A DNA stretch of 64,000 nt from a virus: the IMG/VR virus record IMGVR_UViG_3300009168_000004, positions 1-64,000 of that record; one strand, given 5' to 3'. Below, one piece after another: positions 14,441 to 23,600 of the stretch; positions within the stretch are counted from its first letter, which is position 1, and every line of letters begins with the position of its first letter. The notes under the pieces are model-generated. The model was not told where the DNA came from and ran no database searches. It worked only from the letters and a program-made list of their open reading frames with translations. Made by a program: the position numbers and the translations under genes.

Positions 14441-15811
14441 TCAATACTGCTCCCCTGTGAAGATCATGACGAGCAGCTTACGATAGTCCTCGGGGGATCT
14501 GTCCACCTCCTTTGTCCGCAGGGGGATCTTGGGAGCTTCTGCGAGCCCCCTCGGCAGGTCTTCGCTGAACATCGCCCGCAGCAGCCCCTTGTCCCGACGG
14601 TCGATCCAGGGCACGCCCATCGCCCCCTCGACCACGGACCGGGCCAGGAATGGGGACCTCAGCTCGATCGCGTGCCGCATCATCACCCGGTCGAGCCGGG
14701 GCAGGTGCCACATGACCATCTCCTGGAAGATGTCGCTGTACTGAGAGTCGTATCGCATCGCTCGGCCGTAGCCGCCGAAGCACTCGTCGGCCCCGTCCCC
14801 GGTCAGGACCACGGGCTCGCTGATCGCGTTGGCCAGCGCAATCTGGGGGATCAGGGAGCCGAGGTCGACGGGCTCCTGCATGTAGTGCAGGCCCTCCTCC
14901 AGGGTTCCGGCCTCCCAGCTAATCACCTTGGCCTCCGCATCGTTCTCGTTCATCAGGAGCTGCACCCTAGCAAGCTCCTGCGCGTTCGTCAGGTCGGTGG
15001 GGTGCTCGACGGGCTGGGCGTAGTAGGGGACGACCTGGTCGCTGAACCTGCGGGCCAGGGTGTAGACGATCGAGCTGTCGAGCCCGCCCGAGACGAGGCA
15101 GGCCACTGGCACGTCGGCCGACAGGACCCGCCGCTTCGTGGCCTTCACGATCTCCTCCCTGAGGTCGTCGTAGTTGCTGTGCCACTGGGGCTCCAGCTTG
15201 TCGACGACCTGCGCGATGACTCGGCCCGACGGGAAGAGGCGCACGTACTCTCCGGGCAGGACCTTCTTGATCTCGTTGTAGGGCGTCCTCCGCTGGTCCG
15301 GGCAGTAGCCCCACTTGATGCAGGCGGACATGTAGACCTTGTCGAAGGTCACCGGACCGCGGGACTTCAGAGGGTCCAGCTCGGAGCAGGCGGCGACGAT
15401 CTTGTCGGCTCGGTAGTAGAGCGGCTTCTGCGCCAGGTAGTCGACCAGGCAGTGGAGAGACTCCTCGTTGGAGTTCAAGGCGACGATCGACCAGAAGCCG
15501 TCGTACTCGGTGAAGCCCATCGGGCCCTGGTCGATCCACGTGTCCATCGCGATGGTGCTGTCGCAGTCGGCTCCGGGGAAGCGCTCCCGGAAGTCCAGGA
15601 TCTCGCCGACGAACCCGACGGACCACCCCTTCCGGTGCATGGGCTGATCGTTCTCTGGCCCCAGGCCCACGATGGGCAGGCGGACGTGGCCGATCGCCCC
15701 CGTCCTGGTCTGGGCGATCCGGGGCTCACGCGTGCCCCTGTGCTTCATCATCTCCACCGCTGCCGCGATGTCCTCGCCCTTCGCGCCGAGCTCGGCGTAC
15801 ACTCCGCACAT
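14441..15811 (-). CDS. asparagine-synthetase (AsnB)-like Ntn amidotransferase / ATP-PPase
   Basis: N-terminal MCG, HRG, GHVRL, KPLYY, SGGLDSS, TGDGADECFGGY and LDR...ELRSPFL motifs. Confidence 0.92.
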   Translation of the reverse strand: MCGVYAELGAKGEDIAAAVEMMKHRGTREPRIAQTRTGAIGHVRLPIVGLGPENDQPMHRKGWSVGFVGEILDFRERFPGADCDSTIAMDTWIDQGPMGFTEYDGFWSIVALNSNEESLHCLVDYLAQKPLYYRADKIVAACSELDPLKSRGPVTFDKVYMSACIKWGYCPDQRRTPYNEIKKVLPGEYVRLFPSGRVIAQVVDKLEPQWHSNYDDLREEIVKATKRRVLSADVPVACLVSGGLDSSIVYTLARRFSDQVVPYYAQPVEHPTDLTNAQELARVQLLMNENDAEAKVISWEAGTLEEGLHYMQEPVDLGSLIPQIALANAISEPVVLTGDGADECFGGYGRAMRYDSQYSDIFQEMVMWHLPRLDRVMMRHAIELRSPFLARSVVEGAMGVPWIDRRDKGLLRAMFSEDLPRGLAEAPKIPLRTKEVDRSPEDYRKLLVMIFTGEQY

Positions 15812-15949
15812 TGAGTTCTCCTGTGCCTTGAAACAAAAAAGGGGAGCAGGCCAAGGGGGCTACCACGGCGGGCAGTGCCAGAATGGCGACCTGCTCCCCA
15901 GTCATTGGGGCGTCAGGGGTTAGCCCAACGTCCTCCCCTTCCGGGGAGC

Positions 15950-16216
15950 TCAGTCTGTCTTCTTGGCCGGCGGGCTCCGGGGCAGGAGCGGCTTCGCGTC
16001 CGGGTTGAAGAGGTTGCGGCCGGAGCCGAACGTGTAGTCCTCAGCGCTCCGGCTGCGACCTGGCATCCCTGCTGTGCGGCGGACGGGGCGCTGTGGGGGC
16101 GGAAGGTCCGTTATGAGGCGTGTGAGCTCCCTCTTGCTCCTCTGCCGGATCGCGTACAGCGCCAGGACGGCGACGACGAAGACCAGGATTGCGATTGCCC
16201 AAGCTATCGTGTTCAT
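15950..16216 (-). CDS. small membrane-anchored protein
   Basis: N-terminal hydrophobic helix followed by a basic Pro-rich tail. Confidence 0.6.
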   Translation of the reverse strand: MNTIAWAIAILVFVVAVLALYAIRQRSKRELTRLITDLPPPQRPVRRTAGMPGRSRSAEDYTFGSGRNLFNPDAKPLLPRSPPAKKTD

Positions 16217-16485
16217 TTGTCTCTCTGTGCTTCTGGAATGCCGAGGTGTGCGTACCCGGCGATGTCGTCCCAAGTATCCTTCAGGTCCGGGTCGCCCGTG
16301 AGCAGGCGGTGGACTTTGTGCGCGATCATCCGGAGCGAAGCCCTCTGCCCCCGGCTCATCGCCTGCCAGTTCTTGGCCTTCTCCCAGATCTCGATCGTGG
16401 CCTCGCTGATCTCCGCTCCGTCGTCCCAGTTGCCGTGCGTCGACTTCCGCTCTTCTCGAAGTTCCTTCGTCGTGCTCGTAGACAT
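16213..16485 (-). CDS. DUF6378-like protein (all-alpha, often near nucleotide-modification genes)
   Basis: ER..THG, KVHR...GD...DTWDDIAGYA motifs. Confidence 0.75.
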   Translation of the reverse strand: MSTSTTKELREERKSTHGNWDDGAEISEATIEIWEKAKNWQAMSRGQRASLRMIAHKVHRLLTGDPDLKDTWDDIAGYAHLGIPEAQRDK

Positions 16486-16928
16486 CAGTATCGTCCTTGG
16501 TACAGGTCAAGAAGGAGCAGGCCGACCAGCGCCCGCACCGTCGGGTCGTTGTAGAGCAGCGTCCGGCCGGAGGTGTGCGGGATCAGCCGCCAGATCACGC
16601 CGTCCACGAGCTGTGGGTGTATCAGGACTTTTTCAATCTTCCGTGAAAGCCGGTGGTTCAATTCCGCCCTGACCTCATCGCCCAGGACTACGACCGTGGT
16701 CCCGACGGGAGCGTGGAGCCGGAGCTCGAAGGGGTGGTCCAGGATGTTGCGGCGGCGGAACGATCGCTCGTAGTCCACGCTGCTGATGGTCGGGGCCACA
16801 TCCTTGATCAGCCGCCAGAGCCGCCACCCGGCGGACCGGATCGGGGTCGCGCACAAGGCGTCGATCGGGCGATCCGAGTGGGGGTTGGTCAGACCCAGCA
16901 GAAGCGGGGAGGTCTTCGGTTTGGCCAT
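16485..16928 (-). CDS. minimal uracil-DNA-glycosylase-superfamily protein
   Basis: LLG..NP, SAG.RL, VVVLG and IPHTSGR...YND resemble UDG motifs A and B. Confidence 0.55.
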   Translation of the reverse strand: MAKPKTSPLLLGLTNPHSDRPIDALCATPIRSAGWRLWRLIKDVAPTISSVDYERSFRRRNILDHPFELRLHAPVGTTVVVLGDEVRAELNHRLSRKIEKVLIHPQLVDGVIWRLIPHTSGRTLLYNDPTVRALVGLLLLDLYQGRY

Positions 16929-16950
16929 GAGCTGCACCCTGAACCGAACC

Positions 16951-17230
16951 GCGAACGATGTAAACTACGGGTAGAGCCTTGGTAAGAAGAATGCGGACGG
17001 CGCCGGGGCTCGCACTCCCAGCTTCGGGCTTCGCTCTTGGCACAGGAGCATTCGTCCTGGGCAGGCCGAAACGCACACTGCGGGCGAGAGGAACCAGATG
17101 GACTAGTTCCCAGCGCAGCAGCAAAGCCCTACCGCCAGGTCTGGACATTGGGGTCTAGGGCGAACGATGTAAACCTCGGTTAACCATGCACCCGCAATAG
17201 GTTTACATTGTCCGCGTTTCGGCTAAGACT
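16951..17230. promoter_or_regulatory. divergent promoter region with three GCG(A/G)AC(G/A)ATGTAAAC boxes
   Basis: direct copies at 16951-16965 and 17160-17174, inverted copy at 17201-17215; each provides a TTTACA -35 hexamer. Confidence 0.6.
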
Positions 17231-17236
17231 GCCCCG

Positions 17237-17935
17237 ATGGCCAGGAGATGGTTTGCCCCGACGGGCAATAAACCAAAGAGGGCGGAGCACTCACTGCAGT
17301 CGAAGGCCGTCGCGGAGCTGACGGTCAAGCTGCGGCGCGAGGTGTTTCTCACTGCGATCCCGAACGGCGATCATCGTTTGATCCCGGTCGCTGTCCGGCT
17401 GAAGGCCGAGGGGGTGAAGCCGGGTGTGGCTGACCTCATGTTTCTCGCGCCGGGTCCCGAGGTGTCCTTCATCGAGATGAAGGCCGGCCGGGGCAGTCAG
17501 TCGGACGAGCAGCTCGGCTTCGAGGCCATGTGCGGTCGGCTCGGCATCAAGTACGTGGTGTGCCGGTCAGTCGAAGAGGTCCTTGAAACTGTTGGTTCGT
17601 GGGGGTATCTGAAGAATGTCCAATCCATTCCTGGATCACGCGGAGCGAATAGCTCCAGCGCCAGTCAAGCGAGAGTGGCGGCGCCAGGAGGCAAAGCAGG
17701 AGCGCGAAGACCAGAAGCGGTCGCCCGCCATGATCCTGCTGGAGAAGAAGCAGAAGGAGCAGAACGCGCAGTTGAAGTTGTACCGAGAGTGGAAGCGACT
17801 GGTCAGGGACGACATCAAGAAGGCGCACGGCCAGGACTTCGCCAACCTCATGCGCATCCTCCGGAACCTGAAGCTGGCCGAAGTCGACGTCCTGGTCCTC
17901 TTCGTCGCCGAAGCGCGGTGGCTCCTCGAGTCTGA
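17237..17935 (+). CDS. VRR-NUC domain nuclease (domain ends near 17615)
   Basis: E..LQ, IPNG, EGVKPGVADL, FIEMK and S.EQ motifs. Confidence 0.8.
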   Translation: MARRWFAPTGNKPKRAEHSLQSKAVAELTVKLRREVFLTAIPNGDHRLIPVAVRLKAEGVKPGVADLMFLAPGPEVSFIEMKAGRGSQSDEQLGFEAMCGRLGIKYVVCRSVEEVLETVGSWGYLKNVQSIPGSRGANSSSASQARVAAPGGKAGARRPEAVARHDPAGEEAEGAERAVEVVPRVEATGQGRHQEGARPGLRQPHAHPPEPEAGRSRRPGPLRRRSAVAPRV

Positions 17936-18086
17936 CCTGACCACCCGGCTGGCGACCCTCAGCTACATCGACGGGTCGCTGGTCCGATGCAACGTCCGAA
18001 ACGGCCTGCCCCACTTCGACGACCCGCTGTGGGACGAGCCACCCAACGCGTTCTTGAAAATCCGCAAGATGCTGACGGGCGTCTGA
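17616..18086 (+). CDS. hypothetical protein
   Basis: 156-aa GC3-rich ORF; TGATG coupling to the next gene. Confidence 0.75.
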   Translation: MSNPFLDHAERIAPAPVKREWRRQEAKQEREDQKRSPAMILLEKKQKEQNAQLKLYREWKRLVRDDIKKAHGQDFANLMRILRNLKLAEVDVLVLFVAEARWLLESDLTTRLATLSYIDGSLVRCNVRNGLPHFDDPLWDEPPNAFLKIRKMLTGV

Positions 18087-18382
18087 TGCTGACCCGTCGG
18101 GACTTCCTCGCCGCGGCCATGACGACGTTCGTGGCATCGGCCGCCGCCGGAGCCAGGGAGCCCCTGACCTTCGAGGAGAGGTGGGAGGGGAGCGGAAAGT
18201 CCGATCGCCAGAAGTTCGGCGACCGGAAGATTGAGATGGAGATTGTCGAGCCGGACAAGCCGTCCGCCCTCGACGATGCGCCGTTCCGGGCGAGCCCGAC
18301 GGTGCGAAAGCAGCCGACCTTTCGGCGGCGCCGCCGGCGCTGGCGGAGAAGGCGGCGAAGAGCACAGGAGCAGAAGAAGTGA
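18086..18382 (+). CDS. twin-arginine signal protein with poly-Arg C-terminus
   Basis: MLTRRDFLAAAM...; RRRRRRWRRRRRR. Confidence 0.65.
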   Translation: MLTRRDFLAAAMTTFVASAAAGAREPLTFEERWEGSGKSDRQKFGDRKIEMEIVEPDKPSALDDAPFRASPTVRKQPTFRRRRRRWRRRRRRAQEQKK

Positions 18383-18858
18383 ACAGCAGACCACACCAGC
18401 CTCAGAGGTTCCCCCGCGAGGCAGTACTGATGGACAAGCTTGCCCAAGCGATCGATCTCGAACCCGAAGTCCGCCAGGAGCTGCCCCCGGCGGACGCCCC
18501 CGAGGCGGTCCGGGCCGGAATGGTCCTGCCTGACTACGTCACGCACATGGACGGGGCGACCCGGTCCGGGATGCTCTCGGCTGCCGCCGTCGTCCGGGAG
18601 TACGAGGCCACGGCCAAGATGATCGACGAGATGGGGCAGGAGCTCCGGGCGTCCCAGGACCGGGTCGCTGAGATGATGAGCACCTACGCCGAGGCGTTCA
18701 AGAAGCTCCAGGACACGGTCCAGGCCTACCGGGACGAGGGCAAGCGGCTGTTCGAGCAGGTCGAGTCCAGCTCCAAGCTGGCCGACCGCGTGTCTGAGAC
18801 CTGCGACATGCTCCGGCGGGAGCTCGAAGAGGCTGGCCGCCGCGACGACAACAGTTGA
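18379..18858 (+). CDS. coiled-coil hypothetical protein
   Basis: 159-aa ORF with heptad-like C-terminal half. Confidence 0.7.
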   Translation: MNSRPHQPQRFPREAVLMDKLAQAIDLEPEVRQELPPADAPEAVRAGMVLPDYVTHMDGATRSGMLSAAAVVREYEATAKMIDEMGQELRASQDRVAEMMSTYAEAFKKLQDTVQAYRDEGKRLFEQVESSSKLADRVSETCDMLRRELEEAGRRDDNS

Positions 18859-18878
18859 CCACAGGGGAGGACGGCAAT

Positions 18879-19277
18879 ATGCCAGCTCAGATCGGACCGA
18901 AGAGGAAGAGGCCCAAGGAGCAGACCAAGCAGATCGACGAGCAGATCGGACTGCGAATAATGCAGCGCCGGAACCAGCTCAAGATGAGCCAGAGCGAACT
19001 GGGGGAGTGCCTCGGCATCACGTTCCAGCAGATCCAGAAGTATGAGCGGGGCCTGAACCGGGTCTCGGCCTCAGCCCTGGTCTTCTTTGCCAAGGCGCTC
19101 AACGCCCCCATCGCCCACTTCTACGAGGGCATCGAGGGCGTGCCCCCGCGGGAGCCCACCGCGATGGACAAGTTCGTCGCCACGCGGGATGGGATCGAGG
19201 GGCTGACAGCCCTGTCGAAGATGAAGCCCCCGCTCCGTCGGGCGTTCATCGACCTGGCCGGACAGGCCGCCAAGTGA
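18879..19277 (+). CDS. XRE/HTH_3 transcriptional regulator (alphaproteobacterial type)
   Basis: IG.RI..RR....MSQ.ELG..LGITFQQIQKYERG.NRVSAS.L. Confidence 0.9.
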   Translation: MPAQIGPKRKRPKEQTKQIDEQIGLRIMQRRNQLKMSQSELGECLGITFQQIQKYERGLNRVSASALVFFAKALNAPIAHFYEGIEGVPPREPTAMDKFVATRDGIEGLTALSKMKPPLRRAFIDLAGQAAK

Positions 19278-19492
19278 GGAAGTTCCTGACGCCGGACCAG
19301 CGGCTGGAGATCATGAGGCTCTACCTCAAGGGCGAGAAGGTGGACGCGATAGCGGCAGCCTTCGGGGTGGGGAGGACGTACCCAACTCAGCTGTGTCACA
19401 GAAGGGGACTGCCGAAACGAAGACAGAGGGGCAGCGCGCCGCAGCGAGAGGAGGTCGGGGTGACGCTTAGTGCCGCCTTCGGCAGCGACTAA
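19274..19492 (+). CDS. small HTH protein
   Basis: LTPDQRLEI..LY..G..V..IAA.FGV. Confidence 0.65.
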   Translation: MRKFLTPDQRLEIMRLYLKGEKVDAIAAAFGVGRTYPTQLCHRRGLPKRRQRGSAPQREEVGVTLSAAFGSD

Positions 19493-19776
19493 GCGCTGAC
19501 CTTGAAGTCGGGCGTCGCCATCTGGACGGCGCCCGACTCGAAGCCCGAGAGGTCGGCGTCCGGGGACAGAACGGCCACCACGACCTCGGCCACCTGCCAC
19601 CTGGCCATCTGGATCTTCACCCGGAGATGCGCCAGGTCCAGGCCATCCTGGGCTGGCAGCCCCCTCAGCTTGGCCCAGGATTTGAGACAGGCGCGCTCGG
19701 AACCGACGTGAACTAAGGCCCCGACGGGGTTGAACAGGCCCATTTGGCCACGCTTGTGGTGCAGTTTGCCGCCCAT
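19489..19776 (-). CDS. hypothetical protein
   Basis: 95-aa ORF with GAGGGG RBS, convergent with the + operon. Confidence 0.5.
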   Translation of the reverse strand: MGGKLHHKRGQMGLFNPVGALVHVGSERACLKSWAKLRGLPAQDGLDLAHLRVKIQMARWQVAEVVVAVLSPDADLSGFESGAVQMATPDFKVSA

Positions 19777-20090
19777 TCGTCGGTTCCCCTCTCAGATTGG
19801 CTGGGAAGCCCAAGGAGCGGGCTTCCAGCCGAAGGCCACATATCGCCCACCCAGCCGCTCAGGCCACGCCGGCGGGCTCCTAATCAGCTCACCGGTTCCG
19901 GGGCTGAGCCCCTGCGTCCTGCAGATCTGACAAAAAAGCTCCCAGATCCTCTCTCCCCCCGGACTTCGCACAAGACGCTCAGCATGAGAGAAAGTTCGCT
20001 CCGGAGTTGCCCTGACATGCCCGGACAGCACAAGATTGCCCCTTCAGCTCCGACGCCAATGTCTCCATCCTGAATATCTATAACTGGCGG

Positions 20091-20261
20091 TCAGAAGACG
20101 GCCAGGTACTTCAGCATGACCAGGATGCCGATGATGATCACGACGATCCTGATGATGTTCTTGATCCTCGCGTCGCCGATCGGCATCAGGTCGACCAGGT
20201 AGACGATCAGGACGATGACCAGGAACGTGACCAGGATGCTGATGACTATGCTCATGCTCAT
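20091..20261 (-). CDS. Thivi_2564-like two-TM membrane protein (holin candidate)
   Basis: MSMSIVISILVTFLVIVLIVYLVDLMPIGDARIKNIIRIVVIIIGILVMLKYLAVF. Confidence 0.7.
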   Translation of the reverse strand: MSMSIVISILVTFLVIVLIVYLVDLMPIGDARIKNIIRIVVIIIGILVMLKYLAVF

Positions 20262-20282
20262 TGGGGTTCCCTTCCGGGGTGC

Positions 20283-20681
20283 TCAGGTCCCGATTGTGAA
20301 GCTCAGGTCTCCGGCCGAGAACAGGACCTGCTGGCCGGTCAGGATGGACTGCGGGGACGAAAGAGCCTTGGAGGCCAGCCGGTTCCCCGCGGAGGCGGCG
20401 TCGAACACGGCGACCCAGTCCAGATCGACGTCGCCCTCGGACGCGCCCCAGTCCACGTCGTCGGACGACTCCATGACGTTGACCGTGCCAGCCGAAGGCA
20501 CCGTCCAGACGATCGCTTGCCGTCCGGCTGAGTTGACGTCGGCCGACACCTCGACGCCGGCCGCCTTGGGGTCGCCGTCGAAGAGCGCCAGGTAGACCGT
20601 CGCTGGAGCCGTCGGCATGGCCTGGCCGCCGAGCCACCGGACGATCTTGTTTCCCAGGTACGTTGAGAGGTCGCTTGCCAT
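20283..20681 (-). CDS. small virion/tail-fibre-associated protein, paralogue of 31891..32265
   Basis: SDLSTYLG...VYLALF.GDP...DAASAGNRLA. Confidence 0.8.
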   Translation of the reverse strand: MASDLSTYLGNKIVRWLGGQAMPTAPATVYLALFDGDPKAAGVEVSADVNSAGRQAIVWTVPSAGTVNVMESSDDVDWGASEGDVDLDWVAVFDAASAGNRLASKALSSPQSILTGQQVLFSAGDLSFTIGT

Positions 20682-20692
20682 CACATCTCCTT

Positions 20693-23600
20693 TTATCGCC
20701 CCGACGGGATCGGGGACACTTGGACTCTGGTTACGGGTTCGTGAGCCTCCCTGGCCCGAAGCCTGCCCTCGTCGACGAAGTGGGCGGCGAGGTGCAGAGC
20801 GACCGAGGGGGCGGCTTCGAGGATGCTCTCGTCGACGAAGTGCGAGGACAGCTCGACGGGGCAGGACGCCATCACGAACTCGACCTCGACCAGGTACTGG
20901 AAGCCCATCGCGAAGCCCGAGGTTCCGAGGAAGCGATACCAGGAGTACGCCGTCGAGTTGACCGAGAAGTCCAGGAGCTGGTCGATCTGATCGATCAGGA
21001 GCGGAGAGCCGATGGCGGTCCAGGACGACCCGTCCGCGCTGCCCTGGAACTGGTAGGTGCCGAGCTGGTCCGCCGAGGACTGCACCACCCGGACGCCGGT
21101 GATCTTGGCCGGCACGTCGAGGGCGAACTTGATGTAGAGCCCGGTGACGTCCGCGTTCATGTCGATGCCGAGGGCGTCGGTGACCCCTGAGCTGAACCAG
21201 TTGAAGGCGCCGTCTACGATGTTGCTGGCGGTCCCCTCGAAGGTGGCCAGGTCCGTGGTGACCGCGATGCGCCCCGTCCGGTCGCCGATCCGCAGGTTGC
21301 ATGGGTTGGTGTCCGTGATCTCCACAGAGAGCACGCCCTCGTCCACGAAGTGCGCCTCGAGCGCCGCCGGTCCCGGCGGACCGCCATCGATGTCGAAGAT
21401 CGACTCGTCGACGAAGTGGGCTTCGAGGCTGACGACCGCAGGGGGATCTCCCGCGCACGCACCCGACGAGAGCTGGGGGAACATGCGAAAGTCGAACTCG
21501 TTGATGCCGATCGAGTTGAGCCAGCCGGGGGTGCTCTTCTGCCGGATGCGGTACCACCGATAAGATCCTGGGGCGTCGACGTTCTGCTCGCTCGTGAAGG
21601 CGAAGCCCGTGCCCGCGTGCCAGGGGTCGGTCAGGACGTGGACGTCTGAGACGAAGTCGTCGTTGGAGCCCTCGAAGTAGTGCTGACCATGGAAGTCGGT
21701 TCCGGGGGTGAAGCCGTTCATCTTCGTGGTCTCGATGAAGACCTTCTGCCGGAAGTCGAACTTGATGACCACGCCGGTCTGCGCCGTCGTGATGACGATG
21801 CCGCTCGCCGTGACGCCGTCCACCAGCTCGTGGATCGCCCCAGAGTCAAGTGTGCCAGTGAGGCTCATCCCGATCCCATACGGACCATCGTTGTCGCGGT
21901 TGCCCAGGCTCTGCACGTACTTGTAGGTTCCGCAGGGGTTCCCCGCGCTGCCGCCGTCGATCCAGAACTCCACCTCCTGGATCTTCAGGGCGCCGGAGCC
22001 GCTGACCCTGCGCATGCGGTAGTAGCGGAAGAACTGATCGTTGTCCTCGAGCGTCGCGACCGTGCGGAAGTAGGAGCCATTGTTGACGATCTCGTTGGCC
22101 AGGTTCGTGGGGACCGAGCAGATCGTCCAGGTCGAGCCGTCGTTCGAGCCCTCCCACACTGCAGTCTGGTTCGTGTCCGCGTTGCCGGTCTGCCAGTAGA
22201 TCGCCGCCTGGCGCACCATGCGGAGCGAGCCGAAGTCGAACTTGATCGCCCAGTTGGAGTCGACCAGGAGCGCGAAGGGGCTGAACCCGGTGCGCACCCC
22301 GTCCACGATGCAGTCCAGGTCAGAGCCCGTGTCCTCGGTCCCGGCGTCCAGGGAGACGACGATGTCTCCCGTCCGGTCGCCGGAGCCCAGGGCGTTCGCG
22401 TAGCTCAGGCAGATGTCGCCGGGGTCCAGGTTGGCCTCGAGGGTCCTGAACTGGACCTCCCGGACGAAGTGCGAGACCGACGAGCTGCCGGCCTGGAGCT
22501 CCAGCTTGTAGTGCAGGAACGCCTTGTCGTTCGCGTTGAAGCCGTTGTAGGTCGTGGTGTTGCCAATGTCGCTGCCGCCGATGCGGACGGGCTCCCGGCC
22601 GATCGCTTCGTAGGACGACCCGTCGTTCGATCCGTACGCGCGCCAGAGCCCTTGAGCCGATGAGCCTGACTGAACCCACTTCATCTCATTGATGACCTGC
22701 GCCCGGATGAAGTGGAAGACCAGGCCGCCCGAGGTTCCGATCGTCAGCCAGGCCACGTCGTCGCCCGTGTCGCCGTCGAACCAGGACCCGTCGGCTGCAG
22801 CCTCCGACGGGTTGATCGTGAAGTCAGCGTCCACCGCCGTGACCGAGATCGCCCCGGTCCTGTCCACCGTGATGTAGGCCGGCAGGGGGTCGGGCACCGC
22901 GTCCGTGGCGCCGATGATGAACTCGATCTCCTCGATCCACGCGTCGTCGGTCAGGATGACGTCGGGGTCTGTCTTGCGCAGGCGGTAGTACTTGTAGCCG
23001 TTCGGGTTGGTGAAGGTGTACTCTGCGTCTACGTCCTCGCCCAGCGCGATGCCAGTCATGAGTGGCACATAGCCGGTCTGTGGGGCATCTGACGCCTCAA
23101 ACGTCCACACACCCAGAGCCTCGACGCTCTCCTGGTACCACTTGAAGCCCACGATCCGCTGCTTGAACCCGGACGGGCGGAAGTCGAAGACGATCGAGGC
23201 GCTGGTCTGGTTCAGCGCCTCGTCGAACTTGAACGAGCCCGTGGCGTCGTTCGTGAAGCTGCCGTCGATCAGCTTGGCCGCGTTGCCGGACAGGTCAGAG
23301 AAGTTCTGCGAGACCCAGATGGTGCCCGTCCGATCGCCCGTCCCTCCGGGCTCGCCGTAGTCTGGAGCCGGCGGCGGGTCCGGCGGCGGGTCCGGCGTCG
23401 TCTCGGAGGAGTTGATCTTGAACTCGAACTCGATCAGCTCCGGCACCGACGGCGGGACGACCGACTTCCCCTGCGTCATGCGGAAGTAGCGATAGCCGAC
23501 GGTGCTCTGGAAGCCGGCGATCTCGATGCAGGCGACCGCGTACTCCTCGCCAGCCGTGAACAGCCACAGGCCGCTCGCCAGGTTGACGTAGGTCGCATCG

